Position numbers and translations under genes: made by a program
The notes under the pieces: generated by a model
What the model saw: only the letters and a program-made list of their open reading frames with translations
Database searches by the model: none
Told to the model about the DNA's origin: nothing
Source: a virus
Lineage: Duplodnaviria > Caudoviricetes
IMG/VR virus record: IMGVR_UViG_3300044972_000184
Span: 1-57,308 of that record
Length of the DNA: 57,308 nucleotides
Strand: one strand, 5' to 3'
Part shown: positions 19,552-28,774 of the stretch, piece after piece
How positions within the stretch are numbered: the first letter of the stretch is position 1
How the letters are laid out: every line of letters starts with the position of its first letter

Positions 19552-20333
19552 GCCTTGTCCTTGTACTGCTCAACCATGCGGTCGAAGAACTCTCGACCCT
19601 TCATCTGCACGATATGCTTCGGTACCACGAACTCCCCTTCGTGTGCCATGATCGGCACCGGTGCATCCGGGTTGCCCTTGACCGTGCCCCCCTTCGCCAT
19701 GGACTGCATCTGCATCCCTGCTTGCGGCACGGCTGGGGCCTCAGGCATCTGAGCGCCCCCTTGTATCAACTGCTGTGCGGCCTTGGCTACAGTCAGCATG
19801 ACAACCATCAGACCTTCGTCGTACTCCTCCGGCAGATCGTCCTCTGCGGCGATGCCGTTCTGGATAGCAAAGTTGCGGACGTAGGGATACATGTCTGGGT
19901 TGGACGCCGCCACCTGCGTAAGCTGCACGATCATGTTCAACTCCTGCGGCGTGAGTTCACCGCTCTGGAGTGCCGCCATGATGGCCGCTTGGATTTCCTG
20001 TGCCTGCGCTGGGTTCTGCTGGAGACCCTGCATGATGAGCGTGTCACGCTCCATCGGGTCCATTGGACTATCGTCGGGCTGCGCGCCGAGCGCCATGCCA
20101 CCCATCGGCTGGCCACCGGGACCAACCATACCGCCCTCTTGGTACGAAGGGAGTGGCGACCCCAAACCACCACCAAGGCCGACAGGCGGGGCAGCCATAG
20201 GGGCAGTCGGGGTCGCCGCCGGCATAACGGGTTGACCCGCTGCCGGCATGGAAAGCAGACTAGCAAGGGCGGGCGGCAAATCCAAGCTGTCCGTCGAAAC
20301 TGGCTGCATGTTGGGGTCCATCTGGTTCATCAT
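19548..20333 (-). CDS. Virion-associated protein (YQEGG/MAKGG, HEGEFVVP motifs)
   Basis: Motifs GG.V.G...VPIMAHEGEFVVP typical of phage internal proteins. Confidence 0.55.
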   Translation of the reverse strand: MMNQMDPNMQPVSTDSLDLPPALASLLSMPAAGQPVMPAATPTAPMAAPPVGLGGGLGSPLPSYQEGGMVGPGGQPMGGMALGAQPDDSPMDPMERDTLIMQGLQQNPAQAQEIQAAIMAALQSGELTPQELNMIVQLTQVAASNPDMYPYVRNFAIQNGIAAEDDLPEEYDEGLMVVMLTVAKAAQQLIQGGAQMPEAPAVPQAGMQMQSMAKGGTVKGNPDAPVPIMAHEGEFVVPKHIVQMKGREFFDRMVEQYKDKA

Positions 20334-20334
20334 A

Positions 20335-20682
20335 TCACCCTCGCAACTGAGAGATCAGGGTTTCTACAATAGACCGCAGGCTGGCCACGTCGTTGGCCAA
20401 CGTCTGCACGTCTCTGAGCAGCGCCGAGTAGTCGTTCAGGGTCGGCACGGCCACCCCGCTCACGGCAACACCCGACCCCTGTGCCGATACTCGCTGCATC
20501 TGTTGCGGCGGAACCGCCCGGATGGTGATCGACGCCTTGAGGACTGCCGTACTGGCACCGTCCTTCTCGCCGCGCAACCCGGTCAGCAGGTCCACGTTCT
20601 CCTTGAGGGAGGTCAGGATGCTAGACTGCCACGGAGTGATGTCCGACTGCGGCGGGCTGGGTATGGGGGTGAACCTCGACAT
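20335..20682 (-). CDS. Hypothetical tail-associated protein
   Basis: Coupled ORF; LKENVDLLTG pattern and C-terminal coiled coil. Confidence 0.6.
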   Translation of the reverse strand: MSRFTPIPSPPQSDITPWQSSILTSLKENVDLLTGLRGEKDGASTAVLKASITIRAVPPQQMQRVSAQGSGVAVSGVAVPTLNDYSALLRDVQTLANDVASLRSIVETLISQLRG

Positions 20683-23102
20683 CAGGTTTCTTTCAGGCTC
20701 AACGGTGTTTCGCCAAGGTGGATCGCACGGACACGGATATCACCTTCGACGCTCACTTCAAAGGTGTCCGACAGGTAGCCTGCGGGAAGGCGGAACACAC
20801 CGCTGTTAGACAGGGTGGTCGTGAACAGCAGTTCCTTATCGACCCACATGCGGAACGTGATGTTGTTCAGCGATGACCATGAGGACGCGTCAGCGTCCCA
20901 GTTCAGGTTCGCATCGTTCCACAGTTTGGTGGACGCACCGTAGTCAGCGATGACGCGGGCGGCACCGATGTTCATCATGCGCGGTGTCTTGATAACCTTG
21001 GACTTCCACGACTGCGTCAGCTTCGGCTGGTTGAGCGAATCCCACTCATAGATATCGCCGTTGGTACCGACCACGCCAAAAAGGCGACCGTCGATGGGGT
21101 CGTAGTAGGACGCCGTGAAGTTGAAGTCGATGTTGACGTACTGGCCGCCGATCTGCTGCACAGGCTCGAATATAAACCCGCCGGTGCCGTAGGACGCGAC
21201 ATAGGTATCGCCGTAGAAGTCGCCAGCGATAGTAGACGGATCAAGCTCGGTCTCCCATGTGTCGCTGTCGAAGTTCGCGCGGGTGATGATGGCGGGACCG
21301 GACCCCGGCGAGTAGACAGCGAGACCGTCGTGCGTGGGGTAGACCACGCCGTAGTTCATGGAGACGATACCCTTGCGGTTCAGGCAGGGGTAGAGGACGT
21401 CGATCCGTTGGATACCCATGCCAGCCGCTGGGTCAGCCCCTTGTACGAGATACGGGTACGCTTCGGTCAGGACGAGGATCGCGCCGTTGATGGGTGCCAG
21501 TCCGACGACGTCATGCTGAAAGGTGATGGCATATTCCTCCGGCCATGCGTGCGGCGTGTTAGGCGGCGTCAGGTACAGCTTGTTCCCCACGAAGCCGGCG
21601 AGGATGTTGTTCTGCACAGCGGTCAGACCTTGCAGGTCCGCAGGCGGCGGGTCAGCATCATCTGAGCCGAGGCTGTCTATCAGGTTCAGCGCATCGAAGT
21701 CGTCGATGAAATCATAGTCACCACCGTCACCCCAGTAGCGCGCTGCGGTCGTGGGCGGGTTCTCAGAGATGTCGTGGAACATGGTACCAGCCGCCACAAG
21801 GGTGGTCGGTGTGTTAGTGCCGACGCTGGCGTACGTGAATGTGTAGTCGTCCGGGATGTCGATGACGATCCCACCGGTGACATTGAACGAAGCGTTGGTG
21901 CAGTCCGCGATCTTGAACCGGTTGCCGATACCAAGGTTGTGCGGGAAGACGGTCATCACGGTGGCGACGTCGGTGTCTCGGCGCACACTGGCCACACCGG
22001 TGGGGAACCACAGCGTCTTGAGCCGGAAGTACTCTGATCCCTGCACGGTCGACAGCGTGCGATACAGGCGTATGCCACGTACAAAGTTGTTTCCGTCGGG
22101 CTTAGCAATCGGAAGATTGGAGACGGTGATCGTCACCCCTTCGCGGACATAGATCGTCTCGGTCGGCTCGGAGGCGATGGACTCCTCGTCCCAAGGCGTG
22201 ACCCACGTGTAGACATACGAGCGCGGCGTGATCGGGCTACCAAGGTCGACGGTCCCACCGAAGTAGCTGGTCGTGGACAGCGGCGGACCGGGGCTGAAGT
22301 ACTGGATGGTGGTGGTGTTGATGACGGTGGCCGTCACACCGGTGACGTTGAAACTGAGCAGGCTGAGGCGGACCGTGCCGTTCGATGTCGGTGCGGTCGG
22401 CACAGTGACAGAGAAACTGTCGGTCCCTGTTATGGTCGCCACATACGTGCCGGGGATCGCGTCCCCCGTCGGGAACTCCAGCGTGACCTGAGGCGTGCCG
22501 GTCAGCCCATGGTTGATAACCGAGCAGTTCACCGTCGTGCCGCTGCGGGTATACGTGCCGGACAGGTAGCTGAAACCAGTGACCGTGATGATCGCGTTGG
22601 ACCGCAGGGTATGCGGCGCGGATGTCACCAGCGTAGCGATGTTGTTGGTGTCTCTGGCGTACGACGTGGTTATCGCCGGAGAGAAGGGGGTGACAGTGAT
22701 CGTCGGCTTGGTCGTCGGCAGCGGCAGGCCGAGCAGATAGAAGTTGGCTGGGTATGGACCCGGTCCGGTGAACGCCATCGAGTAGTTGCTGACCTTGGGC
22801 GGTCCGTCACCGGTGTAGAAGAAGCGGCGGTCCGTCGCCCCCGTAGCCGTCACAATCGCTATGTCGACATCGGTGGTCCATGATAGCCAGCGGTTGCCGC
22901 CCTGCTCATCCTTGAACGCATAGAGTGTCTTGATGTCACCGGTGATGCCAGCGTTACCGACGATGACCGGACTGGGGAACGGGTCGAGGTCGCCTGAGAC
23001 CATCTTCGCGTTGCGCGCGATCTGACCAGCCGTCTCCGGCAGGAGTTCCGGCGATACCTTCGGCAAGATACCGAAGAAGGTCGTGATCTTTACAGCGGAC
23101 AT
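20682..23102 (-). CDS. Tail nozzle / tubular protein B-like (stabilisation protein) with inserted beta-sandwich domains
   Basis: 806 aa; F.GI.P..SPELLP..AGQ.A.N, YVYTWV..WDEES, P.AWP..Y, WKSK motifs of podovirus nozzles. Confidence 0.75.
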   Translation of the reverse strand: MSAVKITTFFGILPKVSPELLPETAGQIARNAKMVSGDLDPFPSPVIVGNAGITGDIKTLYAFKDEQGGNRWLSWTTDVDIAIVTATGATDRRFFYTGDGPPKVSNYSMAFTGPGPYPANFYLLGLPLPTTKPTITVTPFSPAITTSYARDTNNIATLVTSAPHTLRSNAIITVTGFSYLSGTYTRSGTTVNCSVINHGLTGTPQVTLEFPTGDAIPGTYVATITGTDSFSVTVPTAPTSNGTVRLSLLSFNVTGVTATVINTTTIQYFSPGPPLSTTSYFGGTVDLGSPITPRSYVYTWVTPWDEESIASEPTETIYVREGVTITVSNLPIAKPDGNNFVRGIRLYRTLSTVQGSEYFRLKTLWFPTGVASVRRDTDVATVMTVFPHNLGIGNRFKIADCTNASFNVTGGIVIDIPDDYTFTYASVGTNTPTTLVAAGTMFHDISENPPTTAARYWGDGGDYDFIDDFDALNLIDSLGSDDADPPPADLQGLTAVQNNILAGFVGNKLYLTPPNTPHAWPEEYAITFQHDVVGLAPINGAILVLTEAYPYLVQGADPAAGMGIQRIDVLYPCLNRKGIVSMNYGVVYPTHDGLAVYSPGSGPAIITRANFDSDTWETELDPSTIAGDFYGDTYVASYGTGGFIFEPVQQIGGQYVNIDFNFTASYYDPIDGRLFGVVGTNGDIYEWDSLNQPKLTQSWKSKVIKTPRMMNIGAARVIADYGASTKLWNDANLNWDADASSWSSLNNITFRMWVDKELLFTTTLSNSGVFRLPAGYLSDTFEVSVEGDIRVRAIHLGETPLSLKET

Positions 23103-23114
23103 GGCGTCTGTGGT

Positions 23115-23345
23115 TTACTCCTTTTTGCGGGGGCAGTCACCACCTTCGCAAACACAGACCCATTGGCTGTTGTGCTTCTCGATCTGGGTAACGGTCTCTG
23201 TCGTGTCAGCCTTACGATCATAAGTGATCGGGGAGGCAATACGACAGTAGTCACCCACGACTCCGGTCGAAGCGGTTACGCAGCCGCTCGTCGCGCTCAG
23301 GATCGGGAGTAGCCACAGCAGCTTCAGCTTTTTCCACGTTGGCAT
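23115..23345 (-). CDS. o-spanin (Rz1-like lipoprotein)
   Basis: Signal peptide with lipobox-like ATSGC; overlaps the i-spanin; paired Cys. Confidence 0.7.
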   Translation of the reverse strand: MPTWKKLKLLWLLPILSATSGCVTASTGVVGDYCRIASPITYDRKADTTETVTQIEKHNSQWVCVCEGGDCPRKKE

Positions 23346-23451
23346 CGAGTTGCTCCTGTGCGTCCTGACGACCCTCCTGCTTTGCCTTGTGGCGGACCCA
23401 CTCGCTGAATAGCAGCGACAGGAAAGACAGGAGGGATGAGAGGAGCTTCAC
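23251..23451 (-). CDS. i-spanin (Rz-like)
   Basis: N-terminal TM helix then charged coiled coil; follows holin. Confidence 0.7.
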   Translation of the reverse strand: MKLLSSLLSFLSLLFSEWVRHKAKQEGRQDAQEQLDANVEKAEAAVATPDPERDERLRNRFDRSRG

Positions 23452-23618
23452 GCCACGGGCTTCTTCGAGGTCACCGACCAGACCGCAACGGCGATAGTGG
23501 CCACAGCACCAGCCAGAGCCTCGACAGTCGAGGCGTCGAGGTAGCCCTTACCGGCGAGGAAGCCACCGACTGCGGCGGCTACGGTGCGGACGAGGCCGAA
23601 GACTTGGTCCTTGTTCAT
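23448..23618 (-). CDS. Small two-TM holin (not in ORF track)
   Basis: MNKDQVFGLVRTVAAAVGGFLAGKGYLDASTVEALAGAVATIAVAVWSVTSKKPVA; coupled to the endolysin stop. Confidence 0.7.
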   Translation of the reverse strand: MNKDQVFGLVRTVAAAVGGFLAGKGYLDASTVEALAGAVATIAVAVWSVTSKKPVA

Positions 23619-24046
23619 GGGTAGGTTTTCCTTTCGAGTTCCATATGCGGTCCGTCGGGGAAACGCTTATGCAACATGTCTGCCGTGATGACAGGCGGGA
23701 GGGCCGACAGAAGACCCCACGTACCACCCCAACGGATTGGGATGTTCAGTTCGAGAGAAGCTGTACGAACAGCCTCAGCGATCTTCAGATAGAGCGGCCA
23801 GTCCCAGCGGACCGATCCGCCGATCCAAGCACCGAGATCGACCGCGTGGCCGGTAAGGTGGCGAGAGTCCATGGTCTTGGATGCGCCAGCTTTGACCAGC
23901 TTCCTTTGTCGTTCCTGAGTACGCAGACCCTCAAGCACGGTGAAGTCCACCTCGCTACGCGAGATGGCCCGATGCACGACAGATACCAGATGGGGGTGGA
24001 CCCCCGTCAGTTTGTCGAGGGATCGCTTACTCAGCTTGAACGGCAT
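23615..24046 (-). CDS. Endolysin, M15 L-Ala-D-Glu peptidase
   Basis: EGLRT..RQ, SRHLTGHAVD, WGG.W, DGPHMEL. Confidence 0.92.
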   Translation of the reverse strand: MPFKLSKRSLDKLTGVHPHLVSVVHRAISRSEVDFTVLEGLRTQERQRKLVKAGASKTMDSRHLTGHAVDLGAWIGGSVRWDWPLYLKIAEAVRTASLELNIPIRWGGTWGLLSALPPVITADMLHKRFPDGPHMELERKTYP

Positions 24047-24047
24047 C

Positions 24048-24173
24048 TCACTTCTTCATAGCGCACTTGCCGGCAGCCTTGCACTTGGCCGGCGACGGGC
24101 ACTTGGCACACGGCTTGAACACCGCGCCACCCTTCTTGTAGGGGGGCATCATTGGCATCTTCTTACCGGGCAT
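24048..24173 (-). CDS. 41-aa basic Cys-rich microprotein
   Basis: MPGKKMPMMPPYKKGG..CAKCPSPAKCKAAGKC; SD-like GGAAG upstream. Confidence 0.55.
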   Translation of the reverse strand: MPGKKMPMMPPYKKGGAVFKPCAKCPSPAKCKAAGKCAMKK

Positions 24174-24456
24174 TGCGATCTTCCTTTCCGTCCAGCTTCT
24201 TGAAGATTGTACCAAGGGTATCATCGACATGCTTGAAGCTGTCTTTGATATCCTGACGCATGTCGCGCATCTCAGTCTTCATCTCTGACAGCGCCTCACG
24301 GAAGTCGTCCTTGCGAGTATACACGGCAGGAAGGCTTATCTCAATATCTCTGAGGTCTTTCCGTAGGTCCCGGACTGCGTCCCATATTGCCTTGAGAATC
24401 CAACTGGCCATCGCCCCGAACGCGGCGAAAGCCCAATTAACAATCGTCTGATCCAC
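24163..24456 (-). CDS. Single-TM coiled-coil protein (holin/antiholin-like)
   Basis: GTG start after GAGGAG; TM helix then coiled coil; upstream of endolysin. Confidence 0.6.
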   Translation of the reverse strand: MDQTIVNWAFAAFGAMASWILKAIWDAVRDLRKDLRDIEISLPAVYTRKDDFREALSEMKTEMRDMRQDIKDSFKHVDDTLGTIFKKLDGKEDRNAR

Positions 24457-24991
24457 CGCCGGCTCCTCGCGTCTCCAGTTGCTGAATCTCATCCATCGTA
24501 TCCAGCAGACACTGGAACGTATCACGAGCAGCGTCGGTAAGGAAACCCTTCAAACGCAGCGCCTTGACGAACGCCTCGGCAGCAGCCGGGTCTTGGAACC
24601 GCACATGGCGGTTGGGCAACGTGCGCCCTGCGTTGGCAAAGCTACGCTCCATCATCTGGCCACCACGGCGGTGAGCACCGACCAGAACATAGGCCGCACC
24701 TGCGGCGCGCTCAGGCGTGTCGAGGGTCGCCGCGAACACGTGAGGGGCCAGCAGTAGGCGCGGCGTCAGCGGCAGCATGTCCACCAGATCGAGCGTCAGT
24801 TCGCCGGCGACCTGCACATAGGGCGGGACCCACTCGTCGATAGCCTTATGGACGACGCGCAGCGCCTCCAGCCAGTCGCACCAGACCTGCTCAGAGACAG
24901 TGCCAGCCGACATGGTCGCACCGATAGGGTGCGCCTCGCACGCATGGTGGAGGTCACGGGTGGACTCCCAGAGGGGCTGCTCCCGCCTCAT
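24437..24991 (-). CDS. Heme oxygenase-like protein
   Basis: L.E.T...H...E proximal-His motif and AYVLVGAHRRGG distal-helix motif. Confidence 0.65.
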   Translation of the reverse strand: MRREQPLWESTRDLHHACEAHPIGATMSAGTVSEQVWCDWLEALRVVHKAIDEWVPPYVQVAGELTLDLVDMLPLTPRLLLAPHVFAATLDTPERAAGAAYVLVGAHRRGGQMMERSFANAGRTLPNRHVRFQDPAAAEAFVKALRLKGFLTDAARDTFQCLLDTMDEIQQLETRGAGGGSDDC

Positions 24992-25401
24992 GCGCCGGAC
25001 GTCAGTGAGTAGGACAGAACGAGTACCCTCGGCGGGTTGGTCGTCCCTCGGCGGCGGAGGCCCATAGTGCGTGTACCGGAATCAAAGCCGCTCCCCGCCG
25101 GTCTGGATTCCGCGACAACATACGTGGACGTCAACGGAGTCCAAATGGTAAACACAGGCGGAGTACTCTGTGTAAAGTCTTCCGATATCTCGTAGTTATC
25201 AGCGAACGATTCGGCAGACGGTACGAGCCAAGTGAACACGGAGAAGGACCCCGGCCCAGTGAACGCCTGCCCGTTACCGTTGTTGTAGAACTGCCAAGAC
25301 ACACTGGCATCGCTCCCCCCTGTGGGAGCTATATCAGACAGAGACGCTGGGATACCGCTCAGTGTCAGGTTCTCTTGGTATGATGCCAGCAGGGCGAACA
25401 T
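24988..25401 (-). CDS. Hypothetical beta-rich tail-fibre-associated protein
   Basis: ATG overlaps the fibre stop (TGATG); 137 aa. Confidence 0.6.
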   Translation of the reverse strand: MFALLASYQENLTLSGIPASLSDIAPTGGSDASVSWQFYNNGNGQAFTGPGSFSVFTWLVPSAESFADNYEISEDFTQSTPPVFTIWTPLTSTYVVAESRPAGSGFDSGTRTMGLRRRGTTNPPRVLVLSYSLTSGA

Positions 25402-26900
25402 CAGTCGACCCCGGTGCCGGAGACAATCGCCTCGTTCGTGGAGATGAACCACAGGGTCGCCATCCCGTAGCGAGGGATTGTCCGTTCGCCAGTGAACGTG
25501 GTGCCCGCAAGACGCAGGGTAACGCCGGTGAACGGGGTCAATGCGGCTGACCCGGTGAAGTTATTATAAACCGTCACCACCGCACCTGTCGGCATAGTGT
25601 TTGTGGGTACCAGAAAACTGGAGCTACCTAGCACAACGACCTTGCCGGCCTCACTCGCCTGCAACGCTGGCGTTGCGCCTGACCGGAACACAGGTTCCAG
25701 AATAGCGCCGGCTATACCCGTTGGACCCGTTGGACCGGCAGCGCCCGTCGGACCGTTGCCGCTAGGACCTGTCGGACCAGTGGGGCCGGGCGAACCCGTA
25801 GGACCGGAAGCCTGCGGACCAGTGGGACCAGTGGGACCAGCGGCAGTGCTTGCTGCACCCGCCGGACCTGTCGGACCTGTGGGGCCGCCGCCGGATATAC
25901 CTTGCGGACCTGTGGGACCCGTCGGGCCGGATGAGCCGGTGGGGCCGCCGCCGCTAGGGCCTGTCGGACCAGTGGGGCCAGCGCCGCCCGAACCCGTCGG
26001 ACCGCCCGGACCTGTAGGACCAGTGGGGCCGGTGCCACCCGAACCCGTCGGACCAGCAGCACCTGTCGGACCAGTAGGACCAAGGCCGCCGGAACCCGTC
26101 GGACCAGCAGCACCTGTCGGACCTGTGGGGCCACCGCCGGATATGCCCTGCGGACCAGTGGGTCCTGTCGGGCCAGCGACCGTGCTTGCATCGCCTTGCG
26201 GACCAGTGGGTCCCGGAGGCCCAACGATCTGGCCGACGTTATCCCACGCAGCGCCGTCCCATACGTAGAGATCACCATCAGCCGTGACGATGTATGCGTC
26301 GTTGACTGTGTTGCCCGTGGAAGGGAGAGCGCCAACAGTGGCTACCTCGCCCTTGAAAATAATGGACGTGCCTTGCAGTCCTTGCGGGCCAGTGGGACCT
26401 GTCGGACCTGCGACAGTCGACCCGGAACCCGCCGGGCCAGTCGGACCGGCTACCGTACTAGCTGCACCGGTGGGACCGGTTGCGCCCGCCGGACCGGTGG
26501 GGCCGACTATCGTGCTTGCTGCACCAGTAGGGCCAGTCGGACCCGTGGGACCGACGATCCTGCCCACGTCATCCCATGCAGCACCATCCCAGACATAGAG
26601 GTTGCCGTTCGCCTGTACAATGTAGGCATCGTTGACGGCGTTACCCGTGGGCGGGAGGTCTCCTACAGTGGCAACGCTACCCTTGAACGTGATCGACACG
26701 CCTTGCGGACCCATCGGACCAACGATGCCGCCGTACGGCAGGCTCAGATATGCCGTGACCCCGTCGCCAATCTTGAACTGATCGGTGTCCGTTTCGAGAA
26801 CAAGTTCACGGTCAGCCAAGATGGGATTGAACGAAGTCCAGCGCGCCAGCGTGTCGCCGCGCAGCGCGAACCCGATGGTGGATGATGGGGTGATCGGCAT
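25401..26900 (-). CDS. Collagen-like tail fibre 2 (Mtd-N-like anchor, GPT repeats)
   Basis: LRGDT.A.W...NP.L..RE...ETDT..FKIGDG N-terminus; long G-P-T triplet tracts. Confidence 0.88.
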   Translation of the reverse strand: MPITPSSTIGFALRGDTLARWTSFNPILADRELVLETDTDQFKIGDGVTAYLSLPYGGIVGPMGPQGVSITFKGSVATVGDLPPTGNAVNDAYIVQANGNLYVWDGAAWDDVGRIVGPTGPTGPTGAASTIVGPTGPAGATGPTGAASTVAGPTGPAGSGSTVAGPTGPTGPQGLQGTSIIFKGEVATVGALPSTGNTVNDAYIVTADGDLYVWDGAAWDNVGQIVGPPGPTGPQGDASTVAGPTGPTGPQGISGGGPTGPTGAAGPTGSGGLGPTGPTGAAGPTGSGGTGPTGPTGPGGPTGSGGAGPTGPTGPSGGGPTGSSGPTGPTGPQGISGGGPTGPTGPAGAASTAAGPTGPTGPQASGPTGSPGPTGPTGPSGNGPTGAAGPTGPTGIAGAILEPVFRSGATPALQASEAGKVVVLGSSSFLVPTNTMPTGAVVTVYNNFTGSAALTPFTGVTLRLAGTTFTGERTIPRYGMATLWFISTNEAIVSGTGVD

Positions 26901-26905
26901 CAGCT

Positions 26906-27967
26906 TTATGCCTCCAGTTTGGCCCGGTAGAAGGCAAGGTTGTTCTTCAATCGTTCATCAGCAGGCTCAAGCTGGCAAGCCAACTCGCCCTGCTCCACGG
27001 CCTCACTATACTTGTTTACATGAAACGCGGCAATGGCTGCGAGATCATGTGGTTTCGCCCCCCACACAGACGGGTCCATCGTGTAGACCAACGCCTTATC
27101 CTTGATTTCCAGAGCGCGTGAGGCGGCATCGTAACATGTCTGCCAGTCCTGCTTGCGGTAGGCCAGATCGGCCATCTCCACCCACGGTTCTCTGGTGTTC
27201 GGTGCTTCGGCGGATGCTTTGCGGTACCACTCCATCGCGGTATCAGGCTGCCCCAGCTTGTCGTATGCCTGCCCCAGTAGCCGCATGGCGTAGCAGCGTT
27301 CGTTCGGCCAGTTCGCCTGAGGGTTGTCGAGGTACTTAAGCAGCGCGACGATGGCGTCCACCCACTTGCCGTAGAACGTCAGTTCGCGGGCGTAGTAGAA
27401 GGCATTGCGCGGGCAGTGCGGGTCTTCCTTCACCGACAGTTCGAGCAGATCGAGATACTGCCCCCGGCTCTTGGTCGGGTCAGGCTTATGGACAGCCAGC
27501 AACATATCCGTCCGCGCCCACACTTCAGTGATGCGGCCATCGGCGCGAGGGTATTCGTGACACGGGTGGTGCCAGTGGTAGCCGTGGCGCGCGTGGATTT
27601 TCTCGTAGTAGAAGATGATCCCGCAGCCCCAGTCGAACTTGTAGGACAGGCGGGTGGTGTCAGCGTTCCAGACGCGCTCGATCTCCTCACGCCATCCGGG
27701 CTGAAGGACTTCGTCGAGGTCGAGGCTGATGCACACGTCGATGTCACGGGGGAGTAGAGCCAGCGCGGTGTCGCGCGCTTTATCGAAGCGCCATGGCGTG
27801 ATGCAGATGTCATGGACTACAGCGCCATGGGCGCGGGCCTTCTCTACCGTGTTGTCCGTGCTGCCGGTATCCGCGATCAGGATGAGGTCAGCGTCCTTGG
27901 CCGCCTCACAGAACCGCTCGACAAACATCTCCTCGTTCTTGCTGATAGCGTAGACTGCGATCTTCAT
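26906..27967 (-). CDS. GT2 glycosyltransferase with C-terminal TPR repeats
   Basis: ISKNEE, DTGSTD, RFD.AR, LDLDE (DxD), HE; TPR-like helices. Confidence 0.9.
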   Translation of the reverse strand: MKIAVYAISKNEEMFVERFCEAAKDADLILIADTGSTDNTVEKARAHGAVVHDICITPWRFDKARDTALALLPRDIDVCISLDLDEVLQPGWREEIERVWNADTTRLSYKFDWGCGIIFYYEKIHARHGYHWHHPCHEYPRADGRITEVWARTDMLLAVHKPDPTKSRGQYLDLLELSVKEDPHCPRNAFYYARELTFYGKWVDAIVALLKYLDNPQANWPNERCYAMRLLGQAYDKLGQPDTAMEWYRKASAEAPNTREPWVEMADLAYRKQDWQTCYDAASRALEIKDKALVYTMDPSVWGAKPHDLAAIAAFHVNKYSEAVEQGELACQLEPADERLKNNLAFYRAKLEA

Positions 27968-27992
27968 GGTGATTCCGCCTGCTTCTGTGGTG

Positions 27993-28454
27993 TTATGCTG
28001 GCACTTCAGGCCAGAGGATGTTGAAAGGGTCAGGCTGAGCGGTGATATCGCGCAATGCTTGGCGGTACGTCGCCCATTGAGTGGCGTTTACCGGAGCGTC
28101 AGCAACCTGCGTCCAGTCGGAGGCGACCAGCTTCGCATTACGATCAGCACGAACAACGGCCCATTGTGCCTCGACCTTTGCCGCAGCTTCGCCGGCATCT
28201 AGGGCGCTCACGATATAGTTCTGTGTCCACACACCGTCGATCAGCAAGGCCGGTCCATGCTCCCGCTGCTGGATGGCTGGGTCAAAGTAGGGCGGCGTAA
28301 CCAGCTTCAGCTTATGAACACCGAACTGCACGATCTGCTCAGGCGTCAGCTTCGCCACCCGACAGAAGTTGTCATCGTCCCAGCGCGTCGGCTCGACATC
28401 ATGGATATGCCGAACGAATGTGTCGCCATTAGCTTGGACGTAGAACAGGCTCAT
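27993..28454 (-). CDS. Tail fibre assembly chaperone
   Basis: VRADRN..L..SDWTQ..DAP..W..YRQALRDI..Q..P..I.WP. Confidence 0.88.
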   Translation of the reverse strand: MSLFYVQANGDTFVRHIHDVEPTRWDDDNFCRVAKLTPEQIVQFGVHKLKLVTPPYFDPAIQQREHGPALLIDGVWTQNYIVSALDAGEAAAKVEAQWAVVRADRNAKLVASDWTQVADAPVNATQWATYRQALRDITAQPDPFNILWPEVPA

Positions 28455-28756
28455 GCCTCGGCTTCCTTCGCTTTTCGCTTGGCGGTGACGCGCTCTACGG
28501 CTGCTGCGTACTCCGCGTCGTTGTCGATCTGCGACCGCAGTGCCTCAATAACAAGCAAGACATTGAGCATCTGCTTGCGGGTTACATCCAGACGCTCAGA
28601 TACGTTCGCCGCGAACTCGTTATCTACGGCGTTTGCCAACAGATACTCAAAGTTTATGCGGTCGAAATCGTAGTGGAAATACTCCGCTTCGCGGGCATAC
28701 ATTGCGTCTGCGATTACGTCGTATTTGTACTCGGTTGGAAGCTGTGCATACTTCAT
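28451..28756 (-). CDS. Hypothetical protein (fibre module)
   Basis: 101 aa helical ORF between fibre and chaperone. Confidence 0.6.
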   Translation of the reverse strand: MKYAQLPTEYKYDVIADAMYAREAEYFHYDFDRINFEYLLANAVDNEFAANVSERLDVTRKQMLNVLLVIEALRSQIDNDAEYAAAVERVTAKRKAKEAEA

Positions 28757-28774
28757 GAGTATCTAACTCTTTTG

